Source: an uncultured delta proteobacterium (lineage in GTDB: Bacteria > Desulfobacterota > Desulfobacteria > Desulfobacterales > Desulfosalsimonadaceae). From it: a stretch of DNA of 64,000 nt. How positions within the stretch are numbered: position 1 is the stretch's first letter; each line of letters begins with the position of its first letter. The notes below the pieces were generated by a model that made no database searches, was not told where the DNA came from, and saw only the letters and a program-made list of their open reading frames with translations. Where the stretch lies: assembly GCA_963826785.1 (NCBI GenBank), contig CAWGYD010000004.1:128001-192000 (forward strand). Direction: 5' to 3'. Positions 21,652-30,861 of this stretch are shown piece after piece. The position numbers were made by a program, and so were the translations under genes.

Positions 21652-21858
21652 CCTCCTTTCTGGAAATATGATTTTAAATCAAGTAGTTGAAAATATTTTG
21701 ATTCGTTTAGAATCATATCCGTGCTCCAATTTTCATTCAAAAAACCCAACTGAAAGGTACTTCAAAGTGGAAATAAATTTCTGATATTTCAGCTGATAGA
21801 GTTATTTATAGCTATTTTCGGTATATTTTTGCATCCCTAAGAAATAATGAAGAAGGGA
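21652..21858 (-). promoter_or_regulatory. CRISPR leader with IHF-consensus site at 21677-21689
   Basis: AT-rich non-coding stretch between cas4 and the first repeat; AATCAAGTAGTTG matches WATCAANNNNTTR. Confidence 0.8.
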
Positions 21859-22464
21859 TCAAATGGATTTTTCACACAGATTACCATAGCAGCAGTCCGC
21901 GCATCTTGCCTTGTACTTGGTCGGCGCCGGATAAATACCTTTTTGTACAACATCCAGCAACTGCCCGATCATTGTTTTAAGCTCATCAAAAATCCTTTCC
22001 GGAATCGGCACTTCCACCAATTTGTTGTTGCTGCGGGTGTAGACGATAAAACCCCGTTTCACAGCTATGCTGAAATTATCCTTGATCAATTGAGCATAGA
22101 AGGCAAGCTGAAACCGGTGATTTTTGAAGGTGCGCTCCTTGTATTCGGCATATTTATAATCGAGCGGGGCCGCGGTGCCGTCATCCAGAAAAAGGATTTC
22201 ATCGATGATCCCGCGGATGCCCATTCCGGAAGCAAGATGGACTGATTTTTCCCGCCGGATGCACCCAATCTTCTTCCTCAGGTAATCCGGGTTGAACCTT
22301 GCTTTGTCTTCGTGAACTGTCCGGCCCTTTGTCACCTTGAAGCGCTTTTCCTGGTGCTCGGGAATTTTCAGGTACAGCTCGAAATATGTAAAGCGCGGGC
22401 AGTAGAGGAACTCCAGCAGGTCGGTTGCGGTAACGCTTATTGCCGTGCTTTGATATTGCTCCAT
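21859..22464 (-). CDS. cas4: CRISPR-associated exonuclease Cas4
   Basis: YCPR, GIIDEI, PLDYK, QLAFYA, CADCCYGNLC Fe-S motif; alternative start 22488. Confidence 0.95.
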   Translation of the reverse strand: MEQYQSTAISVTATDLLEFLYCPRFTYFELYLKIPEHQEKRFKVTKGRTVHEDKARFNPDYLRKKIGCIRREKSVHLASGMGIRGIIDEILFLDDGTAAPLDYKYAEYKERTFKNHRFQLAFYAQLIKDNFSIAVKRGFIVYTRSNNKLVEVPIPERIFDELKTMIGQLLDVVQKGIYPAPTKYKARCADCCYGNLCEKSI

Positions 22465-22678
22465 ATCCAAATCGGTATCATTATCCATTTTAAAAGATGG
22501 AAGATGCAGTGCTGCTTTCCGCCGGACTACCATTTTCCAGAAGCCCAAGCTGCTCCGAGTATTCGGATGGCCCAGTTCGTAATCGAAAAAGCCGTCCCCC
22601 GGTACGTGCTCATGCTGCTCGAATTCGTACTCCAGCAGGAATTGATGTCATACCGAATTAACCGAGCAATAAAATGTA

Positions 22679-23203
22679 TCATCCATATCGCTTAATTTGC
22701 TCCTTTACTGTAAACCCGATCCCCTTTTTCGCTTTGTTTTCCGGATTCAACAACTGATCGAGCACCTGAAAAACCACCTGGAACCGCTCATCCGTTTGTT
22801 TCCGAAGTCCCTCTATTTCCTTCTTTAATTCCTCACTGACTGAAACCAGATGGCGAATGCGGGTAAAGGTTCGCATGATCTCTATATTGACCCGAATGGC
22901 TCGATCATTGTTGAGAACGCTGGAAAGCATGGCGACGCCCTGTTCTGTAAAGGCAAACGGTTTGTATCTTGCACCTCCCCAACTTGAGGTCACAATTTGT
23001 GACCTCAAGTTGGTAAATTCTTCTTTACTCATTTCAAACATGAAATCAGGGGGGAATCGATCAATATTGCGCCGGACCGCCTGTTTTAGGACCTTTGTCT
23101 CGACTCCGTACAATTCGGCAAGATCTCTGTCTAACATCACCCTAAGGCCACGTATGTGATAAATTTTTGATGCAACCGCGTCCGATGAAATCATATTCGG
23201 CAT
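22679..23203 (-). CDS. ORF6N domain putative DNA-binding protein
   Basis: IRGLRVMLDRDLAELYGVETKVLKQAVRRNIDRFPPDFMF, PFAFTEQGVAMLSSVL, C-terminal IGF; GGGAGG RBS before ATG 23203. Confidence 0.92.
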   Translation of the reverse strand: MPNMISSDAVASKIYHIRGLRVMLDRDLAELYGVETKVLKQAVRRNIDRFPPDFMFEMSKEEFTNLRSQIVTSSWGGARYKPFAFTEQGVAMLSSVLNNDRAIRVNIEIMRTFTRIRHLVSVSEELKKEIEGLRKQTDERFQVVFQVLDQLLNPENKAKKGIGFTVKEQIKRYG

Positions 23204-23226
23204 CTCAAACCTCCCAGCATGCTGGA

Positions 23227-23503
23227 TTAAATAAAAAACTTTGCCAGAATCTCTTCGTTTACCAGTTTCTTGTCGAATCCCTGGCCCAAGACCTTGATGC
23301 GCCGGAAATCCTCTTGGCAGAAGGGGAAGAGGTAGACGCTCGAAGACAAATTCAGATCTCCTTGATCTCCAGCCAATCGGGCCGCTTTTAACCGTATTCG
23401 GCCAGAAGTATATTGGCCAGCCGGTGGGCTTCGTGCTGGATGATGTGCCGGCGCTTGATGTTTTTCCGGCGGTACGCATCGATTCGTCGAAGTGTGCGTT
23501 CAT
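23227..23503 (-). pseudogene. Fused remnant of cas1 3' end and internally deleted cas2
   Basis: 23341-23503 aligns to 31190-31353 (1-nt deletion, in-frame TAA); 23233-23340 aligns to 30902-31009 with 7 substitutions. Confidence 0.92.
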
Positions 23504-24204
23504 GGGTTACTTGTAACTTCAGGTTTCTCGAATGGTTTAATCCATCCGAAGCCATGACTTACTGCATGGCCAATTGCAAATTCATCGGGAAGGATTGCAT
23601 TTGTGGCGAATCTGCCCAGGACGCCGGTCAGTTGTTGTCCTTTATAATTGCAAGTGACAGTCCTTCTTTCCGTAAAAGTGGCATATAGTCTTTCAGGAAA
23701 AATGATATTCAGTCCTTTCAAAGAAGTGAGGATCTGCGCCCGAAGCAGTCTGTCTTCCTCGTATAGCTTGTCCGTAAACTTCATCGGCTTATACTTGGCG
23801 TAATTTTTCTGATTGAACAAAAGAACAGGGGTCGCCAGGCGATAATGTAAAAGCCTTTCCGAAATGCCGAACTCGGCGGATGCGGGCTTCAGGAATATAT
23901 CTGTGGGGCGAACCTCATTGCCGTTTATCGAGATGTTCAGATCAAGCCAGGGGAGTTGAAGGATTTTTTGTGCCGATTCCATCCAGCCGAGAACGAGCCC
24001 GTTGTTATTCCGCCATTGATACTGAACCCTGGGGTATCGATAGATGAAAGCGCCGCTTGGATCATGCTGATGAAATTCGTTATCCGGAAAGGCATTGAGT
24101 ATTCCACCCCGGAGTTGGGCGGCAAGGGTCTGCCTGAATCCTTTAATCGAACTGTCAAAAACAAGTTCCACTACCGTTTTAGGGCGCTTTTCTAAAATGT
24201 GCAT
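23500..24204 (-). CDS. cas6: CRISPR-associated endoribonuclease Cas6 (Cas6b-like)
   Basis: FHQH...YRYPRVQYQ N-terminus; C-terminal G-loop IGHAVSHGFG. Confidence 0.85.
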   Translation of the reverse strand: MHILEKRPKTVVELVFDSSIKGFRQTLAAQLRGGILNAFPDNEFHQHDPSGAFIYRYPRVQYQWRNNNGLVLGWMESAQKILQLPWLDLNISINGNEVRPTDIFLKPASAEFGISERLLHYRLATPVLLFNQKNYAKYKPMKFTDKLYEEDRLLRAQILTSLKGLNIIFPERLYATFTERRTVTCNYKGQQLTGVLGRFATNAILPDEFAIGHAVSHGFGWIKPFEKPEVTSNP

Positions 24205-26558
24205 GTGGATTCCTTTTCCGGGAGTTTCAAAAATCCGGTTTCTTTTGAGTAATACTCTTCAGAATCAAGAAGTATGACGGGATCGCGTTCCGGATCTTTC
24301 CCGGCATAAACCTGGATAACTCTTTCATAGAACTTGTGCCGGATTTTTCGGAATTGCTTTTTCTTTTCAAGAGCGTCGAGATCACTGTTGCATATCTCCC
24401 GGTATTGTTCCCAGATAGCCTGGTCTGCCGGATTCCGATTTACAAAGCAGGTTACCTGGGGCGGGCCTTCCTCGATAAGTTGGAATTGTTTTTCAAGCTC
24501 GGGAAAATTTCCTTCCAGCCAGTATGTTTCAAGATTGACCTGGTCGATGCGCCCCCAGCAGTTTTCAAAATAAATCCGGCTGAGCCGAAGAAAATCTTTT
24601 TCCTCAAATTCCAGGGTCGTACCGGAGGATATTTCTGAAAGGCCAAGGGCATCGATGGTAGCGTCAATAAGCGGCACATCGTAGATTTTGGACCATAATG
24701 GCGCCTTCAATTCACCGTTTTCATCTTCCTTGTACAGTTTCCAGATGTGCACTTCGCCGGGCGTGCCGCCGTCATGACGATTGGATCGACCGCAGCTCTG
24801 GATGATCGAATCAAGGGGCGCGATTTCCCGATGAACTACAGGAAAGCTGAAATCGACGCCGGCCTCGACCAGTTGGGTGGAAACCACTATGCAGGGAATG
24901 TTGCGTTTCAGATATTTTTGAACAAGTCGGATCCGGGCGCGGCGGTCCCATGGGGTGAGGTTTGTTGACAGCATGATGATCCGGGAATCCGGGAATGCTT
25001 CTTTCAATTTGTCAAATATGTTCTTCACCGATGCCCGGCGATTGAGAATAATCAGGGTGGAACTGAATTCTTCTTTCAAATCCGCAATAATCCGGCCACA
25101 AAATGTGGGAAGACTCAGTTTTTCGGTATGGCAGAAAAGCGACACCCGGGAGAGTTTATGGAAATAGCCCGGATGTTTGGTGAGCAATTCTTTTATATCG
25201 GGATCATCATGTCTGAAAATCAACGGCCGCGTGGCTGTCAGCAAAACGAATGTCATATTCAGGGCAGCCGCGGCCTCACCAAAAATATGGCGGATGGTTT
25301 TCCAGTAACGAAGCGGAACGGCCTGGACTTCGTCCATCAGTACGATGCTGCCGCATAATTGTCCCGCTCGCTTGAGTTCCGAGTTGCTTGCGGAAATCAG
25401 GCTGTGAAGGAACTGGTAAAAGGTCGTGATCACAATTTCACTCTGCCAGCTTTCCGTCAGGAGCGCGCCGGCTTCCTCCGCATCGAATTCGGCTACTTTT
25501 CCCCGGTAAAGTCCCGGCACCAGATGATGATGTTTCAACAGTACGTCTTCACGGTTTCCCAATCCGCAAAGCCTCATGACATCCGCCATGACCTTGTGAT
25601 TCTGGTCGATTACCGAGGTGAACGGGAGACAATAAATGATTCGTGGCGGTCTCTTCCGGTTTTTTGAAATGTTTTTCCGGGCATTCAAAGCGGCGTTGAA
25701 TATAGCCAGGGTCTTGCCCGAACCCGTAGGGGCGGTGAGCGTAAAAAGCCGGTGCTCCGGATTTGTCGCCCATTGATCATTCACTTCACCGGAAATGGCT
25801 TCCCGCAGATGGTCCATATTAGAATCCGGCTGCCCGAATTTCTCCGCTTTGTATCTTCCTACCATATCAGCCGGAATTTCGGGCCGGTTCAGGACATAGC
25901 CGATGGCTGAATCGATTTTATCCGCAGACAGAAGGGCGCCGTATCCCACCAGAAAGCCAAGGACGCCCGGCGTCTTCATTTCCGGAAAACAGCGGCGGAT
26001 CTGTGACATCCGGATCTTGCCGAAACTCTCTTGAATGGCCGCGACTGTGAAGTCCTGGTGGTTTAATACCGGCAGGTCTTTGCTATGAAAATAACGGGAA
26101 AGGCCCGGGGCGACCCATGCGAGTATATTTTCAATATCAAGACTTTGGAGTTGCAGGGGCAGGGTATCGTCGGATTTAATACGCTGGCGGATATTGCCGT
26201 AGGCATTTTCCCAGGAGTCGAATCCCAAGTTTCCATGATGCCGCAAAACGGCAATAAGGATGCTCAGCCTTTTCCACAGGGGCAGATCCAGATATTCGGT
26301 AATCTTCCACCCGATACAGGCGCTGCATTCGGAATGGCTTGTAAACCGGTTCCTTTTTTTCTTCTGAAGCCGGTCAACCTGGAAATAAGGAGTGGATTTG
26401 CCGATATCGTGGAACAGGCCGGATAAAAATGCGATCTGCCTTAAGTCTTCGCCGGCTTCGAAAGCTGCGGCTTCCGCCGATTCGGCGACCCGGAGAAGAT
26501 GCCCGGAAAGCGGATCATTTTCGTGCGCCAGACATTCATAGAAAGGAAACAATTTCAT
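24192..26558 (-). CDS. cas3: Cas3 HD nuclease-helicase
   Basis: HDIGK, HHG, APTGSGKT, DEVQ, TAT, STQLVEAGVD, QSCGRSNR. Confidence 0.97.
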   Translation of the reverse strand: MKLFPFYECLAHENDPLSGHLLRVAESAEAAAFEAGEDLRQIAFLSGLFHDIGKSTPYFQVDRLQKKKRNRFTSHSECSACIGWKITEYLDLPLWKRLSILIAVLRHHGNLGFDSWENAYGNIRQRIKSDDTLPLQLQSLDIENILAWVAPGLSRYFHSKDLPVLNHQDFTVAAIQESFGKIRMSQIRRCFPEMKTPGVLGFLVGYGALLSADKIDSAIGYVLNRPEIPADMVGRYKAEKFGQPDSNMDHLREAISGEVNDQWATNPEHRLFTLTAPTGSGKTLAIFNAALNARKNISKNRKRPPRIIYCLPFTSVIDQNHKVMADVMRLCGLGNREDVLLKHHHLVPGLYRGKVAEFDAEEAGALLTESWQSEIVITTFYQFLHSLISASNSELKRAGQLCGSIVLMDEVQAVPLRYWKTIRHIFGEAAAALNMTFVLLTATRPLIFRHDDPDIKELLTKHPGYFHKLSRVSLFCHTEKLSLPTFCGRIIADLKEEFSSTLIILNRRASVKNIFDKLKEAFPDSRIIMLSTNLTPWDRRARIRLVQKYLKRNIPCIVVSTQLVEAGVDFSFPVVHREIAPLDSIIQSCGRSNRHDGGTPGEVHIWKLYKEDENGELKAPLWSKIYDVPLIDATIDALGLSEISSGTTLEFEEKDFLRLSRIYFENCWGRIDQVNLETYWLEGNFPELEKQFQLIEEGPPQVTCFVNRNPADQAIWEQYREICNSDLDALEKKKQFRKIRHKFYERVIQVYAGKDPERDPVILLDSEEYYSKETGFLKLPEKESTCTF

Positions 26559-27255
26559 CGTCTACCCGGTAAATTTCTGATCCTTTCGAAATTTGACATT
26601 CAATCGGGCCGGCATCCTCGGCCAGGAGGATCTCCTGGTAACGGTGGACAATACGATCGCCGTCCATCACCGCCGGAATCCGGGTCCGGTGATACCGCCG
26701 GTCGGCTTCATATACGGGAGTAACCCCTTCTCTCAGGGAGATCACCGAATCCGTTTTTGCCGTACCCTCGGGCATTATGTGCGCGGCCGCTTCGCCAACC
26801 CAGTTGATATCCGCCAGGCATTGGGCAAGGCCAAGTACCGGTGTGTAAACAGATCGTTGGTCCTCAAGTAGATTCTTCAGCGGGTCATGCATATCGGCCG
26901 GCAATCCGCCGATAAATACCCGGAACGCCGGCTCTTTTAAAAATTCGTAATTGACCTGAATATGGGTATTGGTATGGGCGCGCGGCCGCAGATATTTGTC
27001 GGTGCCGTCCTTGGTGTTGAGAAGATTGATCGCCGCACGGAAGATCCGCACGGGGGCAAGCAGCCGAATGCCGATTTTGATTTTTTCCCAACACAGTTTT
27101 TCATGATATTCCGTTTTCGACAAGCCCAGGACAGCGCCCAGAATTCCCAGCACAGCCGGCGGCGGCGGAAGCGGGAATGTCACCGGGCTCATGGGTGAAT
27201 ATGGTTTTTTGAAATGTCCATATTCTCCGTGGATATCAAAAACCAGGATTTTCAT
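26536..27255 (-). CDS. cas5: Type I-B Cas5
   Basis: VFDIHGEYGHFKKPY...PPPPAVLGILGAVLG; YTPVLG. Confidence 0.93.
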   Translation of the reverse strand: MKILVFDIHGEYGHFKKPYSPMSPVTFPLPPPPAVLGILGAVLGLSKTEYHEKLCWEKIKIGIRLLAPVRIFRAAINLLNTKDGTDKYLRPRAHTNTHIQVNYEFLKEPAFRVFIGGLPADMHDPLKNLLEDQRSVYTPVLGLAQCLADINWVGEAAAHIMPEGTAKTDSVISLREGVTPVYEADRRYHRTRIPAVMDGDRIVHRYQEILLAEDAGPIECQISKGSEIYRVDDEIVSFL

Positions 27256-27258
27256 TAT

Positions 27259-28245
27259 TTATATCTCCAGGTTTTCAGCGGCGATATCCCTTGCCTTGAG
27301 CAGGTCGATTGCGGCCGCCTCCCGTTGTACGTCCTTGAGGCGGAGCCTTGAATTCTGGCGGACCCGGACGGAAACCACTTTGTCGTTTTGTTTGAAGGCA
27401 TCGAGCAACTGCGATAGATCAATGCAGAATTGATTCGAATCCCGGATACTTGTTTCTTCTTCAGGCTGATCCGTCATCTTGATCCTGCGATGTAGTGCAC
27501 CGATTTTGTACCCCTTCCGGTTTTCAATCACCATCAGCAGCATGGGATCATGCCCCATTTTCGAATGGGTGTTGAGCTCGGCGGTGCCGCGCCAAAGGGC
27601 ATCCAGCATCTGATTCAGATCTTCTTCGGACATTCCGGTAGTGCGGGCGGCGTTTTCGTTGGCAACCCCATAGACGCCGATAAGGGCGTAGGGGAGAAGC
27701 CACCGTTCGGCAAACGATTTCTGCGATGCCGAAGCCGAGCCGGCGAAAGCGGCGGTCTGCTGCACCATTTGCGGCGAAACGCGATGCAGGCTGCGGTTAA
27801 ACGGCATAAACTGGACCGGACCCGTCACTTTCAGGGAAGCCTCATTTTTGCCCATGGGAAGGGCACACCCGAACAGACGGGCATCAATGCATTTTTTCAT
27901 GATGATGTCCTGAAGTGCATTCAACTTTTCAAGCCCTTTTTTCCCTTTTACGGCTTCATCAATGAAGCTTTCCGCCCGGTCCTTTCCCTGGGATAAAAAA
28001 CCGTCCGGCTTGAAAGTATCTCGGATCAGAATCTCTGTGCCATTGGCGATCCTTTTTTCCACGTCCGGTTCGCTCGCCAGGAAAAAGTCCCGGACCGTCC
28101 GCTTGATCCGGACATCGGTCACCGTCGCTTCGCCGGTTTCCGGGTCCGTGCGGGGCCGGTTTTCATCAAGAGGATCACCATTGGGATTACAGTCCTTGGC
28201 CTCATAAAGAAACAGCATTTCATAACGATTTTCAATTGGACCCAT
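27259..28245 (-). CDS. cas7: Type I-B Cas7 (Csh2-like)
   Basis: NPNGDPLDENRPR, TDVRIKRTVRD, DARLFG, TGPVQF; GGAGG RBS before ATG 28245. Confidence 0.95.
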   Translation of the reverse strand: MGPIENRYEMLFLYEAKDCNPNGDPLDENRPRTDPETGEATVTDVRIKRTVRDFFLASEPDVEKRIANGTEILIRDTFKPDGFLSQGKDRAESFIDEAVKGKKGLEKLNALQDIIMKKCIDARLFGCALPMGKNEASLKVTGPVQFMPFNRSLHRVSPQMVQQTAAFAGSASASQKSFAERWLLPYALIGVYGVANENAARTTGMSEEDLNQMLDALWRGTAELNTHSKMGHDPMLLMVIENRKGYKIGALHRRIKMTDQPEEETSIRDSNQFCIDLSQLLDAFKQNDKVVSVRVRQNSRLRLKDVQREAAAIDLLKARDIAAENLEI

Positions 28246-28687
28246 TGTCTTCCGCCTCCTCGACATATTCAGAGATTTCTGCCAGTTCCTTGTTGCCGGA
28301 AAGCGCCCTGATCCTGCCTTCCAGGCTGTAGCCGATCGTGAATGCAAAAGTGGCTTCTTCGTTCGTGATTTTCCAGGTTTCCCCGCACCTTACCCATGCC
28401 TGGGCCAGGTCCGGATCCATGGTTTTCGCAACCAGACCCAGGGCCTCATACTGCGCCAGTTTGTCATGACCTTCCCGGTAGAGCCGTTTCAGATGATCCC
28501 GCGGCAGAAGCCGCCCTACAAACTTCTTGGCAAACGGCGTGGTTTTTCGCTTTCCATATTGAACGCTGGTGACAACAGACATGTAGCATCCTGTCAGAAA
28601 AGCAACGACTTTTTCCGGCTGGTCAAAAAATTCCGGGTGCTCAAGGATATACTGCCCATAGGGGCTTGCAGGGACTGCACCTTCCAT
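28232..28687 (-). CDS. cas11: Internally translated small subunit Cas11 (151 aa), in frame within cas8b
   Basis: AAAAGGAG 5 nt upstream of an in-frame ATG preceding the helical FF...KVVAFLTG domain. Confidence 0.7.
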   Translation of the reverse strand: MEGAVPASPYGQYILEHPEFFDQPEKVVAFLTGCYMSVVTSVQYGKRKTTPFAKKFVGRLLPRDHLKRLYREGHDKLAQYEALGLVAKTMDPDLAQAWVRCGETWKITNEEATFAFTIGYSLEGRIRALSGNKELAEISEYVEEAEDNGSN

Positions 28688-30034
28688 GGGAACTCCTTTT
28701 CTGTTCGGGATTATGAGTTGCGTAAGGCATGCATAGCGGTAAAAAGCCCATGCCTGGCGCAGTGTCCAATTGAGCATGGAACTTTCTTTTTTGCCGACGG
28801 AGATGATTCGGTTGACCAGGTGATGCAGAAATTGGTTGTACCTGATCTGTTTATGTTCAAACAGGGCGACAAGCCATGCGCGGAAAACTTCTTCGCTCTT
28901 GCTTTCGGATGCTTCCGAAAAATTGTGGATCAGCCTGGCATTGATTTCGATCGGCTTTTCCGCCCCATTTTTATCGATAGAGGTCAGGTCATCCGCCGAC
29001 TTGATTTTCCTGCCGGCATTATAAATGGCTTTCATCCGGCTGGGCAGGACCTGCTGAACTTCCGCCTGAATTCGCCAGGCGGCATTTTCCTGTTTGAAAA
29101 AAATCAGGGCAAAAGCCATTTGATCGGAATGGCCGGTAAAATCTTCTAAAAAGTTCTCTTCCTGTGCGATCAGGTCAAACTGCTTGCTGTTTCCCAGCTT
29201 GAACCGCCCCGGGTTGGTGGTCAGCAGGTGTTTCATCTCTTCCCGGACTTCTTCGGAATTACTGTAGGGGAGGATCATATAGCTCTGGCCGGCCATGGTG
29301 CCGGTCAGATCATCCCCAATGCGGATCACCGCGCCTGAAATTTTTATGGCGCATTCCTCGCATACCGGGAAGTTTTTAACTCCGTCCACCTCTTTGAATC
29401 CCCCGGCAATGCTACCGATCTTATCGAGATTGTAGCAGGCCAGGAGTGAATAATTGCCGAAAACAAGTTTGTCTTTTCGACCGCAGACAAAACATGTGCC
29501 TTGCGCCCTGATGCCGCCTCGCGTTTTCCAATTGGCCAGAACCGATTGCTGCATGTGGCGTTTGCAGGATTCCCATTTATAAACCGGCAGGACATTGCCA
29601 TTTGAATTCTTCGCCCAGAACACATACCCGCGATGTTCTTTTCCATCAATTCCAGAGTCTTTGGATTGTGCCTCGACTTCAGCCCAGATGGATTTCAGGT
29701 TTTGGGAATAATCGATGACGGTGACATCCAGCCATTTTTTTTCCTCGGGAGTCAGTTCGCCGGATTCCAGGAGATTTTTCACAGCTTTCAGGAGCCGGTT
29801 GTCGGTGGTTTTCGCCTGCTTGCAGCAGGGGGTATAATCGGTCCCGTTCGAAGGGCCTGAACGATAAATTACATCTTCCCTTTTATGCAGAACCTTGACG
29901 GAATCGAATCGTCCGGTTTCATCAAAGCAGATGGCAAGCCCCCGATCATAAATTTCCGGCATTCCTTCGTTCAGGTATTCGATCAATTCCGAATCCGGCA
30001 GGAGTTTACTGTACTCGGAAAGTTTCTGGAACAT
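28232..30034 (-). CDS. cas8b: Type I-B large subunit Cas8b (TM1802/Csh1-like)
   Basis: CFVCG...YNLDKIGSIAGGF...NFPVCEEC zinc motif; position before cas7. Confidence 0.88.
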   Translation of the reverse strand: MFQKLSEYSKLLPDSELIEYLNEGMPEIYDRGLAICFDETGRFDSVKVLHKREDVIYRSGPSNGTDYTPCCKQAKTTDNRLLKAVKNLLESGELTPEEKKWLDVTVIDYSQNLKSIWAEVEAQSKDSGIDGKEHRGYVFWAKNSNGNVLPVYKWESCKRHMQQSVLANWKTRGGIRAQGTCFVCGRKDKLVFGNYSLLACYNLDKIGSIAGGFKEVDGVKNFPVCEECAIKISGAVIRIGDDLTGTMAGQSYMILPYSNSEEVREEMKHLLTTNPGRFKLGNSKQFDLIAQEENFLEDFTGHSDQMAFALIFFKQENAAWRIQAEVQQVLPSRMKAIYNAGRKIKSADDLTSIDKNGAEKPIEINARLIHNFSEASESKSEEVFRAWLVALFEHKQIRYNQFLHHLVNRIISVGKKESSMLNWTLRQAWAFYRYACLTQLIIPNRKGVPMEGAVPASPYGQYILEHPEFFDQPEKVVAFLTGCYMSVVTSVQYGKRKTTPFAKKFVGRLLPRDHLKRLYREGHDKLAQYEALGLVAKTMDPDLAQAWVRCGETWKITNEEATFAFTIGYSLEGRIRALSGNKELAEISEYVEEAEDNGSN

Positions 30035-30056
30035 GTGGTTTTCCTTTATTGTTCCC

Positions 30057-30467
30057 TTACAGATTGATTATCTGGGCATTTAATTTATCAAAATCCCGGT
30101 CAAAAGAAACAACCGGATGGGTGGGAGAAGAACAGGCATACAAAAGGCAATCCACGAAATCGATGCCATGCTTTTCGTACGCCAGCAGGGCGTTGATCAA
30201 TATAGCCTTGTTTGAATTGACAATGCCGTTGAAGCTGATGACCCGATTCAGCCGGTCCACGATTTCCCCGCGTGGAATCTTATAAAAACTTTCCATGACG
30301 TAAATGCATTCCAGCAGGACAGCATCAAGGATCTTGGCTTTTTTTCTGGAATGCGAAACTTCGATCATGAACCGGGTGGCTCTGGGACTGAATTCAGGAT
30401 GATCATCCAGTAGATAGCGGAGAATGACATTGGTATCGATCAAATGGATTGTTTCGTGAGAATTCAC
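30057..30467 (-). CDS. vapC: PIN-domain VapC-family toxin
   Basis: IDTNVILRYL, E in VLLECIYV, DFVDCL, SFDRDF. Confidence 0.9.
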   Translation of the reverse strand: MNSHETIHLIDTNVILRYLLDDHPEFSPRATRFMIEVSHSRKKAKILDAVLLECIYVMESFYKIPRGEIVDRLNRVISFNGIVNSNKAILINALLAYEKHGIDFVDCLLYACSSPTHPVVSFDRDFDKLNAQIINL

Positions 30468-30485
30468 TCGAAGATGCCTGCTTGT

Positions 30486-30752
30486 CTATGATTTTCGCTC
30501 ATGTTCATTATTAATTTCCCAGGCAATCTCCTCCTGGATTTTCCCCCTGATCTTATCCAGCGGCTCGTATTTTTTGGCGTAGGCCTTCAGACTGCCGGCC
30601 AAGCTTTCCGCTGTTCCGGCGGGCACGCCCTTGAGTTTAACTTCCCCGTTTTCCACCACAAACAATACCGAGCCGTCTTTACTGATATTCAGCTGCTTCC
30701 GGATTTGCTTAGGGATGGTCACCTGTCCTTTTTTAGAGACCTTTGCGTACAT
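30486..30752 (-). CDS. AbrB/MazE/SpoVT-family antitoxin
   Basis: AKVSKKGQVTIPKQIRKQLNI swapped-hairpin signature; directly upstream of the PIN gene. Confidence 0.92.
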   Translation of the reverse strand: MYAKVSKKGQVTIPKQIRKQLNISKDGSVLFVVENGEVKLKGVPAGTAESLAGSLKAYAKKYEPLDKIRGKIQEEIAWEINNEHERKS

Positions 30753-30809
30753 TTGGTTTTGTCCATATTATAGTGAATATCCTTTATTTTTATTTTTTTC
30801 TTTACAATT

Positions 30810-30840
30810 ACAATATTTCATTCATTTTGGAATTTGTCAA
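30810..30840 (-). promoter_or_regulatory. Putative sigma70 promoter of the abrB-vapC-cas8b operon
   Basis: Minus-strand TTGACA at 30840-30835 followed after 17-19 nt by an AT-rich -10-like AATATTGT. Confidence 0.55.
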
Positions 30841-30861
30841 ACCTCATGTATTGCATCAGGC

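Noticed and set aside
22679..23503. 274-aa ORF as a single real protein
   Set aside because: The first 100 codons are out-of-frame cas1/cas2 remnant; ORF6N has its own RBS and ATG at 23203
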